The notes below the pieces were generated by a model, which saw only the letters and a program-made list of their open reading frames with translations, ran no database searches and was not told where the DNA came from. A DNA stretch of 64,000 bases from Eledone cirrhosa (taxonomy: Eukaryota). Below, piece by piece: positions 28,301 through 41,830 of this stretch (position 1 is the stretch's first letter; every line of letters begins with the position of its first letter). Made by a program: the position numbers and the translations under genes. The stretch is from assembly GCA_964016885.1 (NCBI GenBank), contig OZ024740.1, forward strand, positions 369,706,001 through 369,770,000. Direction: 5' to 3'.

Positions 28301-29335
28301 GATGATAATGTTTTTGAGAATTATGTTAGTCTTGTATATTATCTTTTGGTTCTGTTTGGAGTTCTGGATCTTAGGGAGGGTGTCTCTTTGCCCCATGTCA
28401 GATTCTTTCATTTTCATCGATTCGATCATAATTTCATCCTTCAAGTTGGCAAGTTCATTCTCGTTCATTTCTCTATCATTTACGATCTCTTTATTTTCAT
28501 TTGTAGTTTCATCTTGAGCATGCACTCCCTCCACTTTTTCGATCCTTTCTTTAATTTGTTCTGTTGCCAGTGATTCCGCCCCAACCCTGGGATTCTAAGT
28601 GTTACAATTTACCTCGTTTTCACTGATACATGTTTCATTTTCCCTTCGCTGACTTTGTGCCAATAGCTTGATCTGATCAATTTCTATATCAGTTAGTAAC
28701 TTTTTTTTTACAATATTTCTTCGTATATTGGCTAGTTTGTTACTGTCAATATAGCCTCTGTTTTCGGGATGTTTCTTTTTCCAGTTGATATATGTCTGTT
28801 CTGTATTCGATGTATTTGATGGGTAGTACATGGCAGTGTAGAAAGCCTCAAGGACTTCTTTATTATCTTCCCTTGACCATTTTTCTCTCTTTTTCTTTGG
28901 ATTTCTTGGTGGTGAGCATGGAGGGCCAACAGTAGGAGTACTCCGGTTACGGCAGGTCTCCAGCTCCAAAGTGATGGGAAGGTTTGAACCATTAGCTGAT
29001 TTTTCGACCCCAGTCTGGTTCCTCTCTGAGGGACGCGGCCCTTTTTTACCCGGGTGACGGCCGATCCGGTATGAGATTTTATCATTAGACATTTACTTTA
29101 TTTTGTCGCGTTTTATCCTTATCCGCCAAGGGGTAATCATTTCGTGTTACCACTTCTAGAACGAGTGTCAACCAAGACTAGAGGGGTCGTTCTCCCCTAG
29201 AGACACGGCTATTCCCCGCCGGCTGCCATCCAGGTATTTCTTGGTCACGGGGTTTTCTTTTTTGTTGTTTTTTTAAATTGTTATTTTCATGAGTGGTTCC
29301 TTAATGTGAGCATTGCGTGGCTTAAGAATGAAATT
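25321..29335 (-). mobile_element. R4/Dong-like RLE LINE family B, full-length but frameshifted (ORF about 29092 to 25466)
   Basis: N-terminal KWSREDNKEVLEAFY/LANIRRNI; WKSPGKDKI, NYRPI, HLFYMDDLK, YKYLG; CLVC..ETIDHIISMC, RHD, RPDIIL, KYKDL, GAL; 3' end abuts (ATT)n. Confidence 0.95.
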
Positions 29336-29389
29336 ATTAATAATTGTCTCCACTCCAGGCACAAGGCCAGCATTTACCCAGTGCATTAC

Positions 29390-29885
29390 AATAATATAAT
29401 ATACTTTTTGCTGAAGTTGCCTGTTATTGTTGTTGGCTATGTCGGTGGTGGTGCTGGGGCTTTTTATATTGTTGGTGAGGAAGGGGGGAGCCAGAAGTGC
29501 CATAGATGTTGAGTTTGGCCGGTGGCCGGGTCACTAAGTCAATATATTTATATCTTTTGCTAGCCTCTCCCTTGTCTAGTGATACCGCCACCTTCCCCCT
29601 TTCTTACTTAAGTTAACAGGGGAATAGTGGTGGTAGAAATGAAGGAGTGGTGGCGGCGGTGATGGGATAGTGGTAGCAATGATGGATGGCGTGGTGGCGG
29701 CGGTGGAATTGTCGTTACTGAGTTTTGTTGAATGGACTAGTTTTGTTTGATATGTAGTATCTATGCGTTTGTGTCGCGTATTTTTAATATATATGTTGAA
29801 TAGGCTAGTTTTGTTTGATCTGTAGTATCTATGCGTTTGTATCGCGTATGTTTAATATATTTGTCGACATATTCCCTTCATATTG
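29390..29885. repeat. Upstream leader of family B, duplicated in two pieces at 38070-38214 and 42512-42782
   Basis: aataatataatatactttttg..tcactaagtcaat and ttgtctagtgataccg..gacatatt both recur. Confidence 0.85.
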
Positions 29886-30360
29886 GAATTAAACATTTTG
29901 TTAAAACTTAAGACAATAATAATAGTAATTATTATTATGATGCTGGGATTGGTGGTGGTGGTGGTGAAATTGCCGTTATCTGGCTGTTATATTTAGTGTA
30001 CACAACTGGGTGATGGGGTAGGTTGTGTATCAAGTTTCTGGTGTTGGTGAAATTGCTGTTATTTGGCTGTTCTATATAGTGTAGACAGAGGGGGTTTTCT
30101 TCCATTTATAACCATTTTCTTTTTTGAATATAAAATATATAATACAAAATTGAATATTTGAGCGATATAACAATATATTATGGATCCGGATTTTTATGAG
30201 ACTTGATTCGGTGATTTATGCATCATTTGTACTAAGAATTGTTATTTCACAATTGATTTAAATATGTTAAAAATCAAAAACTTACGGGACCGATTTCATG
30301 ACCTTCTACCACCACGTGCGTCTTCTTCCCTTATCCTTCTTCTTATTATTATTGTTATTA

Positions 30361-30400
30361 CTCTTTGAGTCTCAGTCATTGATGTTAGTTATTATGTTAG

Positions 30401-30444
<44 letters not shown>

Positions 30445-30630
30445 GTTGTTATTCCTTGAATCTCAGTCATTGATGTTGGTTAACAGGAAAGTCCGTTGGA
30501 ATGAATATCAAGCCACTACCTGCAGCCTCAGATATTCAGGACGTATCGGAGGGTTCTTGCTGTTCCAAGCAAGCATGCCTTTTGAAGCGTTCCAAAAAGC
30601 GTGAAGGGGCCGATTTTCTTTAACCATCCC
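30361..30630 (-). mobile_element. Two very short family A 3' ends separated by (ATT)n
   Basis: ctttgagtctcagtcattgatgttag at 30361-30390 and a 180-bp 3' end at 30451-30630. Confidence 0.88.
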
Positions 30631-30695
<65 letters not shown>

Positions 30696-33338
30696 GCTTG
30701 AATCACAGTCATTGATGTTGGCTAACTGGAAAGTCCGTTGGAATGAATATCAAGCCACTACCTGCAGCCTCAGATATTCAGGACGTATCGGAGGGTTCTT
30801 GCTGTTCCCAGCAAGCATGCCTTTTGAAGCGTTCCAAAAAGCGTGAAGGGGCCGATTTTCTTTAACCATCCCTGGAAACTTTTGGAGATAGTCCCCAGTG
30901 CGCCTATGACAATCGGGATCACTTTGACTTCATGGCATTTCCAAATCCTTTTTACCTCCCACTTTAAGTCCTGGTATCGGTTAATTGTCTCCCTCTCCTT
31001 CTCTTGCACTCTCGTGTCGAATGGGCAGGCCACATCCACAATCAGACACGATCTTTTTTCTTTGTACACAACCACCAGGTCAGGTCTATTGTGTTCCAGT
31101 TTCTTGTCCGTCTGTATCCTAAAATCCCACAGCACCTTCACCTGATCGTTCTCCATCACCGCCTCTGGCCTATGCTCATACCATTTCTCAGAATGTGGTA
31201 AATTGTTTACTTTGCACAGGTGCCAGTGGATCACCCTGCCCATCACATCATGTCTCCAGCCCTTATAGTGGGTCTGGGCTAGGTGTTTACACTCGGATAC
31301 AATGTGAGTCACAGTCTCCTCTCTCTCTCCACAGATCCTACACAGTGGGCTAGCCTCCTCCTTGTAAATATGGTGTTTCAACCACTTCGTATTGACGGCC
31401 TGCTCCTGCGCAGCCATTAACATTCCTTCTGTAGCCTTTTTGAGGTCTCCTCTTCTCAACCAGTTCCATGTCTGTGGATCTCTAAATTCAGTTTTCTCAA
31501 AGAAGGTAATATGAAGGGATTTTCCCTGAAGGCTGCTCTTTCTCCTTGATGTTATTTCCTCCTTGGACATCCCCTGGCCTATTGTCCCCTCCTTCAGTAC
31601 AGTTCTGAGCATTGGCTCCTTACTATCAGTAATGTATTTGTATAGGTTGTTTTTCTCCATCTGAACACAGTCCTCTATGCTGATGAGACCTCTTCCACCC
31701 TCAGATCTCCTTAGGTAGAGTCTTTCGACATCACTCCTCTTGTGGTATATGTTGTAGATAGTCAATAGCTTCCTAGTCTTCCCATCCATTTCTTTTTGTT
31801 CAGCAACATTCCATCTCAGAATTCCCGCACTGTACCTAATAATTGACACGGCTCGGGAATTTACTGCGCTTATGGCATTTCTGCTGTTCAGATGTAACTT
31901 CAATACGCTCCTTACTCTCCGAATGTATTCAGTTCTTAACAATTCCTTCATTTTTTTGTTCTTTATGCCATCAGCCTCCAGAACGCCCAAATACTTGTAT
32001 CCTTCCTCAGAGTCAATTTCCTTTATCATCTCACCTGTTGGTATCTGGATTCCGTTACTTCTGCTCAACCTACCCCTCCTCATCACAATGACTCCACACT
32101 TACTAATACCAAACTGCATACATATATCACTGCTGAAAATACGGTCAGTGTCAACAAGCACATCCAACTCCTTCTCACTCTTCCCGAAGAGCTTAAGATC
32201 GTCCATGAAGAGGAGGTGACTGATGGTAAGCTCTCCTTTTCCCAACTTGTATCCTGCTCTCACTTTTCGCAGCATAATGGTCAAGGGCATCAGGGCAAGG
32301 ACAAACAACAGAGGGGACAGGCTATCTCCCTGGAAGATACCTCTCTTGATCTTCTCGCTTCCCAAGGATTCTCCAGTTGATGTCAACTCTGTCTCCCAGG
32401 ACTCCATACTCCTGCCCAGCAACTGTCTGATGTTATCTGCCACCTTGAAGATCTCCAGGATTTTGGTGATCCAAGAATGAGGCACCATGTCAAATGCCTT
32501 TCTGTAGTCTATCCATCCCATGGCAAGATCAGTGTGTCTCCTCCTGCAATTCCCCATTACCATCTTATCAATAAGTAACTGGTCATTTGTACCACGTGAC
32601 TTCTTTCGGCATCCTTTCTGTTCGTCCGGTAACAAGTTGTTTGTGTGGAGGTGATGGTAGATTTCCTCAGACACAATGCTCGTCAAGAGTTTCCACGTTA
32701 CGGACAGACATGTGATAGGTCTATAATTGGTAACATCATTACCCTTGATTCGGTCTTTCATTATCAGAACTGTGGTACCTTTTGTCAACCACTCTGGCAC
32801 CTCACCGACACCAAGCAGTCATTGAACATGGCTGTCAGTTTCGGGTGGATAGATGTTAAATTTTTAATCCAATACCCCTGCACACCATCTGGGCCTTGTG
32901 ATTTCCAGTTGGTTAGAATTTTGACCTGCCCCTTAAGAGTTTCAACTGTGATACTCAAATCAGTGTGTTGGTGTGCCTGCTCACCGATCTCCCTCTGTAC
33001 TGTCTCAATCCACCCTGCCTGGTCATTATGTCTAACATCCTGCTCCCATATTCCTCTCCAGAATGTTTTAGTTTGTTCCGCCTCAGGGATCAAGTCGTTG
33101 CCTCTCTCTTTCCCCTCAATCTGTCCAAACAGCATCTTCTGGTTGTTGTCGAACATGCGGTTCTGTTTATACTGACTGACTCTGTTCTCGTATAGCCTGA
33201 TTTTTGCACTCTTTGCTACAATGCGTTGCTTCAGTTCCTCTATGTTAATATTTAGCTTTTTCCTCCTAGTTTTGTACTTTATTTCCAGTCTATTTTTAGT
33301 GCCTATGTTTTTTAGTGTCCCATTCAGTAGTGACTCAA
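30696..33338 (-). mobile_element. R4/Dong-like family A, 5'-truncated
   Basis: Colinear with 38252-40878; (ATT)n at 30631-30695 and 33338-33364. Confidence 0.95.
30770..32800 (-). CDS. 676-aa open frame: non-LTR RT + CCHC knuckle + restriction-like endonuclease (N-terminus cut off by a frameshift near 32800)
   Basis: [68 protein letters not shown]. Confidence 0.9.
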   Translation of the reverse strand: MPEWLTKGTTVLIMKDRIKGNDVTNYRPITCLSVTWKLLTSIVSEEIYHHLHTNNLLPDEQKGCRKKSRGTNDQLLIDKMVMGNCRRRHTDLAMGWIDYRKAFDMVPHSWITKILEIFKVADNIRQLLGRSMESWETELTSTGESLGSEKIKRGIFQGDSLSPLLFVLALMPLTIMLRKVRAGYKLGKGELTISHLLFMDDLKLFGKSEKELDVLVDTDRIFSSDICMQFGISKCGVIVMRRGRLSRSNGIQIPTGEMIKEIDSEEGYKYLGVLEADGIKNKKMKELLRTEYIRRVRSVLKLHLNSRNAISAVNSRAVSIIRYSAGILRWNVAEQKEMDGKTRKLLTIYNIYHKRSDVERLYLRRSEGGRGLISIEDCVQMEKNNLYKYITDSKEPMLRTVLKEGTIGQGMSKEEITSRRKSSLQGKSLHITFFEKTEFRDPQTWNWLRRGDLKKATEGMLMAAQEQAVNTKWLKHHIYKEEASPLCRICGEREETVTHIVSECKHLAQTHYKGWRHDVMGRVIHWHLCKVNNLPHSEKWYEHRPEAVMENDQVKVLWDFRIQTDKKLEHNRPDLVVVYKEKRSCLIVDVACPFDTRVQEKERETINRYQDLKWEVKRIWKCHEVKVIPIVIGALGTISKSFQGWLKKIGPFTLFGTLQKACLLGTARTLRYVLNI

Positions 33339-33571
33339 TTATTATTATTATTATTATTATTATTGGCGACCTACGTAGTAAATCGTATCATCGTGAGCTC
33401 CGCAAAGGTTTGTTATTTCCGTTTGTTAAAAATTGCCATTTATGGAAAATTTTATTGTTAACTGTTTATAAGCACACATACATTGTTTTCTGAAAAGGAC
33501 ACCCAAAAAGATTGGGGTCTTCTGTCCAAAATTTTAACTTTTATTATTATCCAAAAATTTCTTTGAGAAAA

Positions 33572-35547
33572 ATGGCTAATTCCCCTCTGCACGAAGCAGC
33601 TGAAAGCCTTCCTCACAAAATAACACCTCACACCGACACCACCATTGTAAATGTTACTACGTTTGCCAACACAAAAAAAAATAAAAATATAAGCAGTAGC
33701 AATATTTTAAATTTGTCTCAGGCAGACATTCATTTCCCGCCATTACCAATGACTGCAGGTGTTAAAGCCTCCACCACCACCACCACCGCGACAACCCCCA
33801 CCCCTACCACCACCGCGACAACAGAAACAAAAGAAGAAAAAAATAAATTAACTCGTGATGTCGAAATGAAATCAAGCAAAATGGACTCTTCCGCACCAAA
33901 GACGACTGATGTCACCACCACCACAACTGAAACTAAAATTAATATTAACACAAATAACGTTAGCAACAACAACAACAATGACATTATAAAACCAACCCTC
34001 AGTTTCGCCATAGTAGCAAAACAATTTGAAGCATTCACGGTAACTCAAGACGATTTAGAAAATGCCAAACAAATGGTAAAGAAAAATGGGTACAGGCCAG
34101 CCCCCCCCCACCCCCACCCCCACCTAATAAAATGGAGCATCGGCGCCTATGCACCGTGTCGTATAGAACAATAAATGTAAAATCGCGCCGAGTGGAACGG
34201 GCATCCGAGTCCCAAATCCAAAAAGCTTTGGGACATGTGTGGGCAAGAAAAACCCACATCAGACGTGGGTAAAAGTATGGAACCGTGGATGTGTTCTTTG
34301 AAACACCAGAGGAGGCTAGAGAACACTCCATGGCCCCATTAAAAAGTGACGACTTCACACTCGTCCCAAGCTATTGTGGCCAGAGACTCGTAAAGATCAG
34401 GGTGACCCACGTTCCACCGGCCATCGAAATTCCCTGGCTAATAGCGGCTGTCCTCGCCGGCATCGAAGCCAACACGAAAATAATAGCAATAGCAAAAGAA
34501 AAGCAGGAAAACTGGTCCGGATCTGGGATGGAGCTCTTAATCCAAGCGGACCAAAAAAGCATTGAGGAGATCCCAGAGGTAATAGACCTCACTGGCGGCA
34601 GCCACCTCACGGTAATTGTCGAGGGCAGAAGACCTAGGTGTGTCGTTTGTGGTGAAGGAACCCACCTAAGGGCTTTCTGCCCTCAGGCTAAAAGGTTGAG
34701 GCCACCTCTCCTACCCACCCCAGTGACACAAACATCAACACCACCAGTAGCAGAGATGGCAGCAACAACTGTAGCAGCAACAACAGAAGCAACTATAACA
34801 GCAACAACCCCAGCAACAGTAGCAGAACCAACACCACCACCACCCAACGCTTCAGAACTAGCACCAGCGCCTACACCATCCACCACACCACAACCAAAAC
34901 TAACGGCTGTGGAGGATTTTCCACTCCCCGGCCTATCACAACTGGAGACAGATTGTGAAATCGAGGAGTGGGAAACGATATCCGGAAAAAAAAAAAGAAA
35001 CCAAAAAAGAAAAAATTCTCTTCCTTGCCCCTCCAAAAACAAAATACAGAGGGAAACAAATAAGCTAAGAAACAAAAAAGTTAGGACAGATATGCGACCA
35101 TCCATACCAGCATCACCAACCCCATCAACCCAAACACCAACACCATCACCATCATTAACTCCAACACCACCTACACCACAAAAGTCACCAAAATGCGAAA
35201 CAGAAACAAACCCACAACAAACGCAAACAAAACAAAACAACCAAAACGATACACACTACACAGCATTAAATTTGAACAACAAGCAATTATTACACTACAT
35301 CCAACACAACACCAGCATCACAGAAAAAGACTACACAACAACCGCAAAATTCACACCACCTCCACACATACAAATCACTCGCATCACACAGAAAACGTAC
35401 ATGACACTAAAACAAAAATTCCCCAAAGATATCGGAGACTTCCGACAAGCACTCTCCAGGAGGATTTATAAGGACATCCTTCCTGAGGAGGCCACAAGCA
35501 GTGAAAAGGATGGAAAAACCGTCCTTCCCCTACGAGAAGTAAGGTAA
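33572..35547 (+). pseudogene. Tx1 ORF1 (zinc knuckle, Pro/Thr-rich), frameshifted
   Basis: SFA.VA motif, VEGRRPRCVVCGEGTHLRAFC (CX2CX4HX4C), basic patch; break near the C-run at 34101-34121 and a TAA near 34270. Confidence 0.85.
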
Positions 35548-35581
35548 GTGGTCTTTCCCATCTTTTCCACTCCTATTCAAC

Positions 35582-37030
35582 ATGACCTCACTCATAATAG
35601 GCAGCATAAATGCGCGTGGCTTGGGGTTGTCATGGAAGCAGGGCCACCTGCTCAACGACCTCAGGTCACTAAACATAGATGTAGTGGCCATCAGCGAGAC
35701 CAGAATCTCCGAAGCACAGGCTTTCGCACCGATCTTCGGCGGCTACGATGTGTACGCATCTCCCAGCCGTCCTGGATCAGGGGGAGGAGTTGCTGTGCTT
35801 TTTCGGAGAGGTTTGGATCTTGCCATACGGGCCATCTTCCTGGACCCAGAAGGTAAGTTGGTGGTGCTGGACGTGACCAGCGGAGACGGGCAAGCATTCA
35901 GGTTAGTGGCCGTCTATGCCCCGACAGGAGCAGGGCGGCCTGATTTCTTCCGGCGTCTGGAGACCTTTCTTGGAACGTCCCGCTCTTTAGTGTTAGTGGG
36001 CGACTGGAACGAGATCTTAGATGCACGCTGGAAATTGTGTGGGATTAGTGGATAGGGAAGGAGGGTGCAATAGTCTCACCAACCAGCTCAGACGTTTTGA
36101 ACTGTCTGACAGGTACCGAATGGATTTCCCGAATGTACCAATGTGGAATTGGACAAATCGCATAGAGTCATCCAAATCATATCTAGATAGAGTATTTTGT
36201 AGGGAAATAGATAGGTCTAGCATAGGCTGTCCACAATTCAAGATAGTCAGCTACACGGACCACAAATTCGTGATCTGTGTGCTTGACTTAGATAGGCTTC
36301 ATAGACGAGGACCCGGCTACTGGAAGCTAAACGCGTCCTTACCAGCGCGCAAGGCCTACAGAGACCGGATTAGCGAACTAGTTAAGCGGGCGCTGACGGG
36401 GGCCATCGTCAACAACAAGTGGTGGTTTGCTCTGAAAAGAGCAATTAGAATAGAGTCCATTAGGTTTAGTAAGACTTTAGCAATAGAGAAAAATAGAGCA
36501 GAGGGAGAACTAGTTAGAAAATTAGATGAGGCGCTTAGCAAAGACATCGCGCCCGACGTGCTTGCGGCGAAATTGGCCCTTGACCAATTCTTCAATGCAA
36601 AGCACGAAGGCTGCGTTGTCAGAGCTAGGGTGCGTGCTCTCAGACACGAGGGGACGAAAGCCGTTCAATGGGCCCGAGTGGCGGAGGCGCGTCGTGGCAA
36701 CAAAGCCACGATCCGGTCTTTGGTGGACCACGACGGGCGCATGCTACTCGATCCCGCTCAACTGTTCGGGGGCAGTGGCGGGCCGGATCGAGGGATGGAT
36801 TTTAGTGTCTACCTCGACGGACTGCCGCGGCTTTCGGCCACTGAGGCGGAGTGTTGCGAAAAGCCGATAACAACCGCTGAAGTACGGGATCCAATGACTA
36901 GTTGCACAAGGGGTAAATCGCCTGGTTTGGATGGTCTGCCCTATGAACTTTACGTACAAATGCCAAACTTGTTCGGAGGCCTCTTGGCGGACGTCTACTG
37001 CAACTGGCAACAGAACGGGAGAATTCCCAG
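35582..37030 (+). pseudogene. Tx1 ORF2 N-terminal half: AP endonuclease, linker, RT start
   Basis: IGSINARGL, ISETR, VYAP, GDWN, SYLDRV, TDHK, GPGYWKLNASL, GKSPGLDGLPYELY; frameshift near 36030. Confidence 0.92.
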
Positions 37031-38065
37031 AGATGATTTAAATCAGTAATGTTTAGTTTGTTTGTGATGATAATGTTTTTGAGAATTATGTTAGTCTTGT
37101 GTATTATCTTTTGGTTCTGTTTGGAGTTCTGGATCTTAGGGAGGGTGTCTCGTTCCCCCATGTGAGATTATTTAATTTTCATCCATTCGATCATAATTTC
37201 ATCCTTCAAGTTGGCAGGTTCCTTCTCATTCATTTCTTTATCATTTACGATCTCATTATTTTCATTTTGAGTTTCATCTTGAGCATGCACTCCGTCCACT
37301 TTTTCGATCCTTTCTTTAATTTGTTCTGTTGTCAGTGATTCCGCCCCAACCCTGGGATTCGAAGTGTTACAATTTACCTCGTTTTCACTGATATATGTTT
37401 CATTTTCCCTTCGCTGACTTTGTGCTAATAACTTGATCTGATCAATTTGTATATCAGTTAGTAACTTTTTTTTTAACAATATTTCTTCGTATATTGGCTA
37501 GTTTGTTACTGTCAATATAGCCTCTGTTTTCGGGTTGTTTCTTTTTCCAGTTGATATATTTCTGTTCTGTATTCAATGTATTTGATGGGTAGTACATGGC
37601 AGTATAGAAAGCCTCAAGGACTTCTTTATCTTCCCTTGACCATGTTTTCTCTCTTTTTCTTGGTGGTGAGCATAGAGGGCCAACAGTAGGAGTATTCAGG
37701 TTATGGGAGGTCTCCAGCTCCGAAGTGATGGGAAGGTTTGACCCATTAGCTGATTTTTCGACTCCAGTCTGGTTCCTCTCTGAGGGATGTGGCCGATCCG
37801 GTATGAGATTTTATCATTTGACATTTACTTTATTTTGTCGCGTTTTATCCTTATCCGCCAAGGGGTAATCATTTCGTCTTACCACTTCTAGGACGAGTGT
37901 CAACCAAGGCTAGAGGAGTCCTCCTCCCTTAGAGACACGGCTATTCCCCGCCGGCCGCCATCCCGGGATTTCTTGGTCACGGGGTTTTCTTTTTTGCTGT
38001 TTTTTAAATTGTTATTATCATGAGTGGTTCCTTAATGTGAGCATTGCGTGGCTTAAGAATGAAAT
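37028..38065 (-). mobile_element. Family B second copy, 5' end only
   Basis: Colinear with 28264-29335. Confidence 0.93.
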
Positions 38066-38251
38066 TATTAATAATATAATATACTTTTTGTTGAAGTTGC
38101 CTCTTTTGTTGTTGGCTATGTCGGTGGTAGTGCTGGGCTTTTTCTATTGTTGGTGGGGAATGGGGGAGCCAGCAGTGCCATAGTCGTTGACATTACCGAG
38201 TCACTAAGTCAATCTATTATTATTATTATTATTATTATTATTTTTATTATT

Positions 38252-41200
38252 GTTCTTTGAGTCTCAGTCATTGATGTTAGTTAACTGGAAAGTTTGTTGA
38301 AATGAATATCAAGCCACTACCTGCAGCCTCAGTTATTCAGGACGTATCGAAGGGTTCTTGGTGTTCCCAGCAAGCATGCCTTTTGAAGCGTTCCAAAAAG
38401 CGTGAAGGGGCCAATTTTCTTTAACCATCCCTGGAAACCTTTGGAGATAGTACCTAGTGCACCTATGACAATCGGGACCACTTTAACTTCATGGCAGTTC
38501 CAAATCCTTTTTACCTCCCACTTTAAGTCCTGGTATCGGTTAATTTTCTCCCTCTCCTTCTCTTGCACTCTCGTGTCGAATGGGCAGGCCACATCCTCAA
38601 TCAGGCACGATCTTTTTTCTTTGTCCAAAACCACCAGGTCAGGACTATTGTGTTCCAGTTACTTGTCCGTCTGTATCCTAAAATCCCACAGCGCCTTCAC
38701 GTGATCCTTTTCTATCAGCGACTCTGGCTTATGCTCATACCACTTCTCAGAATGTGGTAAAGTGTTTACTTTGCATAGGTGCCAGTGGATCACCCTGCCC
38801 ATCACATCATGTCTCCAGCCCTTATAGTGAGTCTGGGCTAGGCGTTTACACTCGGATACAATGTGAGCCACAGTCTCCTCTCTCTCTCCACAGATCCTGC
38901 ACAGTGGGCTAGCTTCCTCCTTGTAAATATGGTGTTTCAACCACTTCGTTTTGAGGGCCTACTCTTACGCAGCCATTAACATTCCTTCTGTAGTATTTTT
39001 AAGGTCTCCTCTTTTCAATCAGTTCCATGTCTGTGGATCTCTGAATTCAGTTTTCTCAAAGAAGGTACTATAAACGGATTTTTCCTGAAGGCTGCTCTTT
39101 CTCCTTGATGTTATTTCCTCCTTGGACATCTCCTGGTCTATTGTCCCCTCCTTCAGTACTGTTCTGAGCATTGGCTCCTTACTATCAGTCACGTATTTGT
39201 GTAGGTTGTTTTTTCTCCATCTGAACACAGTCCTCTATGCTGATAAGACCTCTTCCACCTTCAGATCTCCTTAAGTAGAGGCTATCGACACACTCCTCTT
39301 GTGGAACATGTTGTAGATAGTCAATAATTTCCTAGTCTTCCTATCCATTTCTTTTTGTTCAGCAACATTCCATCTCAGAATTCCCGCACTGTACCTAATA
39401 ATAGATACAGCTTGGGAATTTACTGCACTTATGGCATTCCTACTGTTCAGATGTGACTTTAATACGCTCCGTACTCTCCAAATGTATTCAGTTCTTATCA
39501 ATTCCCTTATTTTTTTTTTCTTGGTGTCATCGGCCTCCAGAACACCCAAATACTTCTTCAGTGTCAATTTCCTTTATCATCTCACCTGTTGGTACCTGGA
39601 TTCCGTTGCTTCAGCTCAATTACCCCTCTTCATCACAAGGACTCCACACTTACTAATACCAAATTGCATACGTATGTCATTGCTGAAAATACGGACAGGG
39701 TCAACAAGCACATCCAACTCCTTCTCGCTCTTCCTGAAGAGCTTAAGATCGTCCATGAAGAGAAGGTGATTGATGGTAAGCTCTCCCTTTCCCAAATTGT
39801 ATTCTGCTCTCAGTTTTCGCAGTATAATGGTCAGGGGCATCAGGGCAAGGACAAACAACAGAGGGGACAGACTATCTCCCTGGAAGATACCTCTCTTGAT
39901 CTTCACGCCTCCCAAGGATTCTCCAACTGATGTTAACTCTGTTTCCCAGGACTTCATACTTTTGCCCAGCAAATGTTATCTGCCACCTTGAAGATCTCTA
40001 GGCTTTTGATGATCCAAGAATGAGGCACCATGTCAAATGCCATTTTGTAATCTATCCATCCCATGGCAAGACCAGTGTTTCTCCTCTTGCAATTCCTCAT
40101 TACCATCTTATCAATAAGTAACTGGTCCTTTGTACCACGGGACTTCTTTCGGCATCCTTTCTGTTCGTCCGGTAACAAGTTGTTTGTGTGGAGGTGATGG
40201 TAGATTTCTTCAGACATAATGCTTGTCAACAGTTTCCACATTACGGACAGACATGTGATAGGTATATAGTTGGTAACATCATTACCCTTGATTCGGTCCT
40301 TCATTATCAGAACTGTGGTACCTTTTGTCAACCACTCTGGTACCTCACCTGACATCAAGCAGTCATTGAACATGGTTGTCAGTTTCGGGTGGAGAGATGT
40401 TATATTTTTAATCCAATACCCCTGCACACCATCTGGGCCTGGTGATTTCCAGTTGGTTAGTTTTTTGGCCTGTCCTTTAAGAGTTTCAACTCTGATACTC
40501 AAGTCAGTTTGTTGGTGTGCGTGTTCACTAATCTCCTTCTGTACTGTCGCCATCCACACTGCCTCGTCACTATGTTTAGACATCCTGCTCCCATATTCCT
40601 CTCCAGAATGTTTTAGTTTGTTCCGCCTCGGGGATCAAGTCGTTGCCTCTCTCTTTCCCCTCAAGCTGTCCAAACAGCATCTTCTGGTTGTTGTCAAACA
40701 TGCGGTTATGTCTATACTGAGTGACTCTGCTCTCGTATCGCCTAATTTGTTCACTCTTTGCTACAATGCGTTGCTTCAGTTCCTCTATGATAATATTTAG
40801 CTTTTTCCTCCTAGTTTTGTACTTTATGTCCAGTCTATTTTTAGTGTCTATGTTTTTTAGTGTCCCATTCAGTAGGAACTCAAGCTTTCCAATGTCATTT
40901 CTCATTTCTCTGATTTGACCACTCAGTCGTTTCTTCCACCAGGGCTCTGATCTTTCTTGTTTGCTGTTTCCTCTCGCTTTTATACCAAGTAATTTCCTCA
41001 CCGCCGTTGCTGTTGCTTTGAGGATATTGTTGCACTGGTGAAGGCTCCTCGCCTCAAGGTATGGGATGACTTTGTTTACCTTAGCTGTTGTTTCTGTTAA
41101 CTTTTTCCTGTCTACAAATCTTAGGTTCATAGGTTTCCCACTATCATTGTTCAATTCATCTACCACTAAGTTTAGGATATCAACCAAATGTTGTCCTAGC

Positions 41201-41830
41201 CCGTCAGCATTCATCTCCTCAATGGCCGTATCTTTGTTCCAGGTATTATTTATTTCAGCATTCAAATCATTGTCTGCTTCGGATGGTTCCTCCGTTCTCT
41301 TAACCTCTTCACCTTCATTTCCCACTGACTCGTTTGCCTGGCATACTCCACTCTCCATTTCCAAGCTTATCTCTCTGCTCAGTTCCTCCAGTTCCAGCTC
41401 GCTTATCCACCCATTAGTTCTTATTACCCGAGCCTGCCCGGCCAATGTTTGTTCATCTAATTTAAATAGACCAATCTCGTTCCAGATGTTATGCATCCGT
41501 TTCCTATAGCCTTTCTCCTTGGGGTTACTCTTCAGGTAACATTGCATAACAGTTCTATTCAATTCTTTCGTCCAGTTGGTTCTGGTCCCTTTTTTTCTTC
41601 TTCTTCCTCCAACACCAGCAGTATTCGGTTGACAGCCAGGTCCCTGCTGCTGAGCTAGGGTGCACCTGCTGGGTAAGAGTCTGTCACATGACATTCTAGT
41701 CTCCACTTCACCGTTATTCGAACTGTTTAGGTTCGACATTTAAACACTCTTATCGAGGATTGGTGAATGTATGGTTACATAAACACCGGCGATTTCATCA
41801 CTCCCGGTGATTTTTGTGTGGCACTATCAC
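38252..41830 (-). mobile_element. R4/Dong-like family A, full-length, multiply frameshifted (ORF 41739 to 38329)
   Basis: N-terminal WTKELNRTVMQCY..GYRKRMHNIW..EQTLAGQARVI, PWWKKRL, RT and RLE motifs; (ATT)n at the 3' end; leader may extend to about 42500. Confidence 0.95.

Larger units (their letters stand above)
33365..37030 (+). mobile_element. Tx1/L1-clade LINE, 5' portion (5' UTR, ORF1, EN, start of RT)
   Basis: Begins right after (ATT)n; two-ORF layout; ends abruptly at GRIPR. Confidence 0.9.

Noticed and set aside
30343-30700. Repeat-spacer-like alternation of (ATT)n and unique blocks, CRISPR-like
   Set aside because: The blocks are 5'-truncated 3' ends of one LINE family; eukaryotic context and no cas genes.
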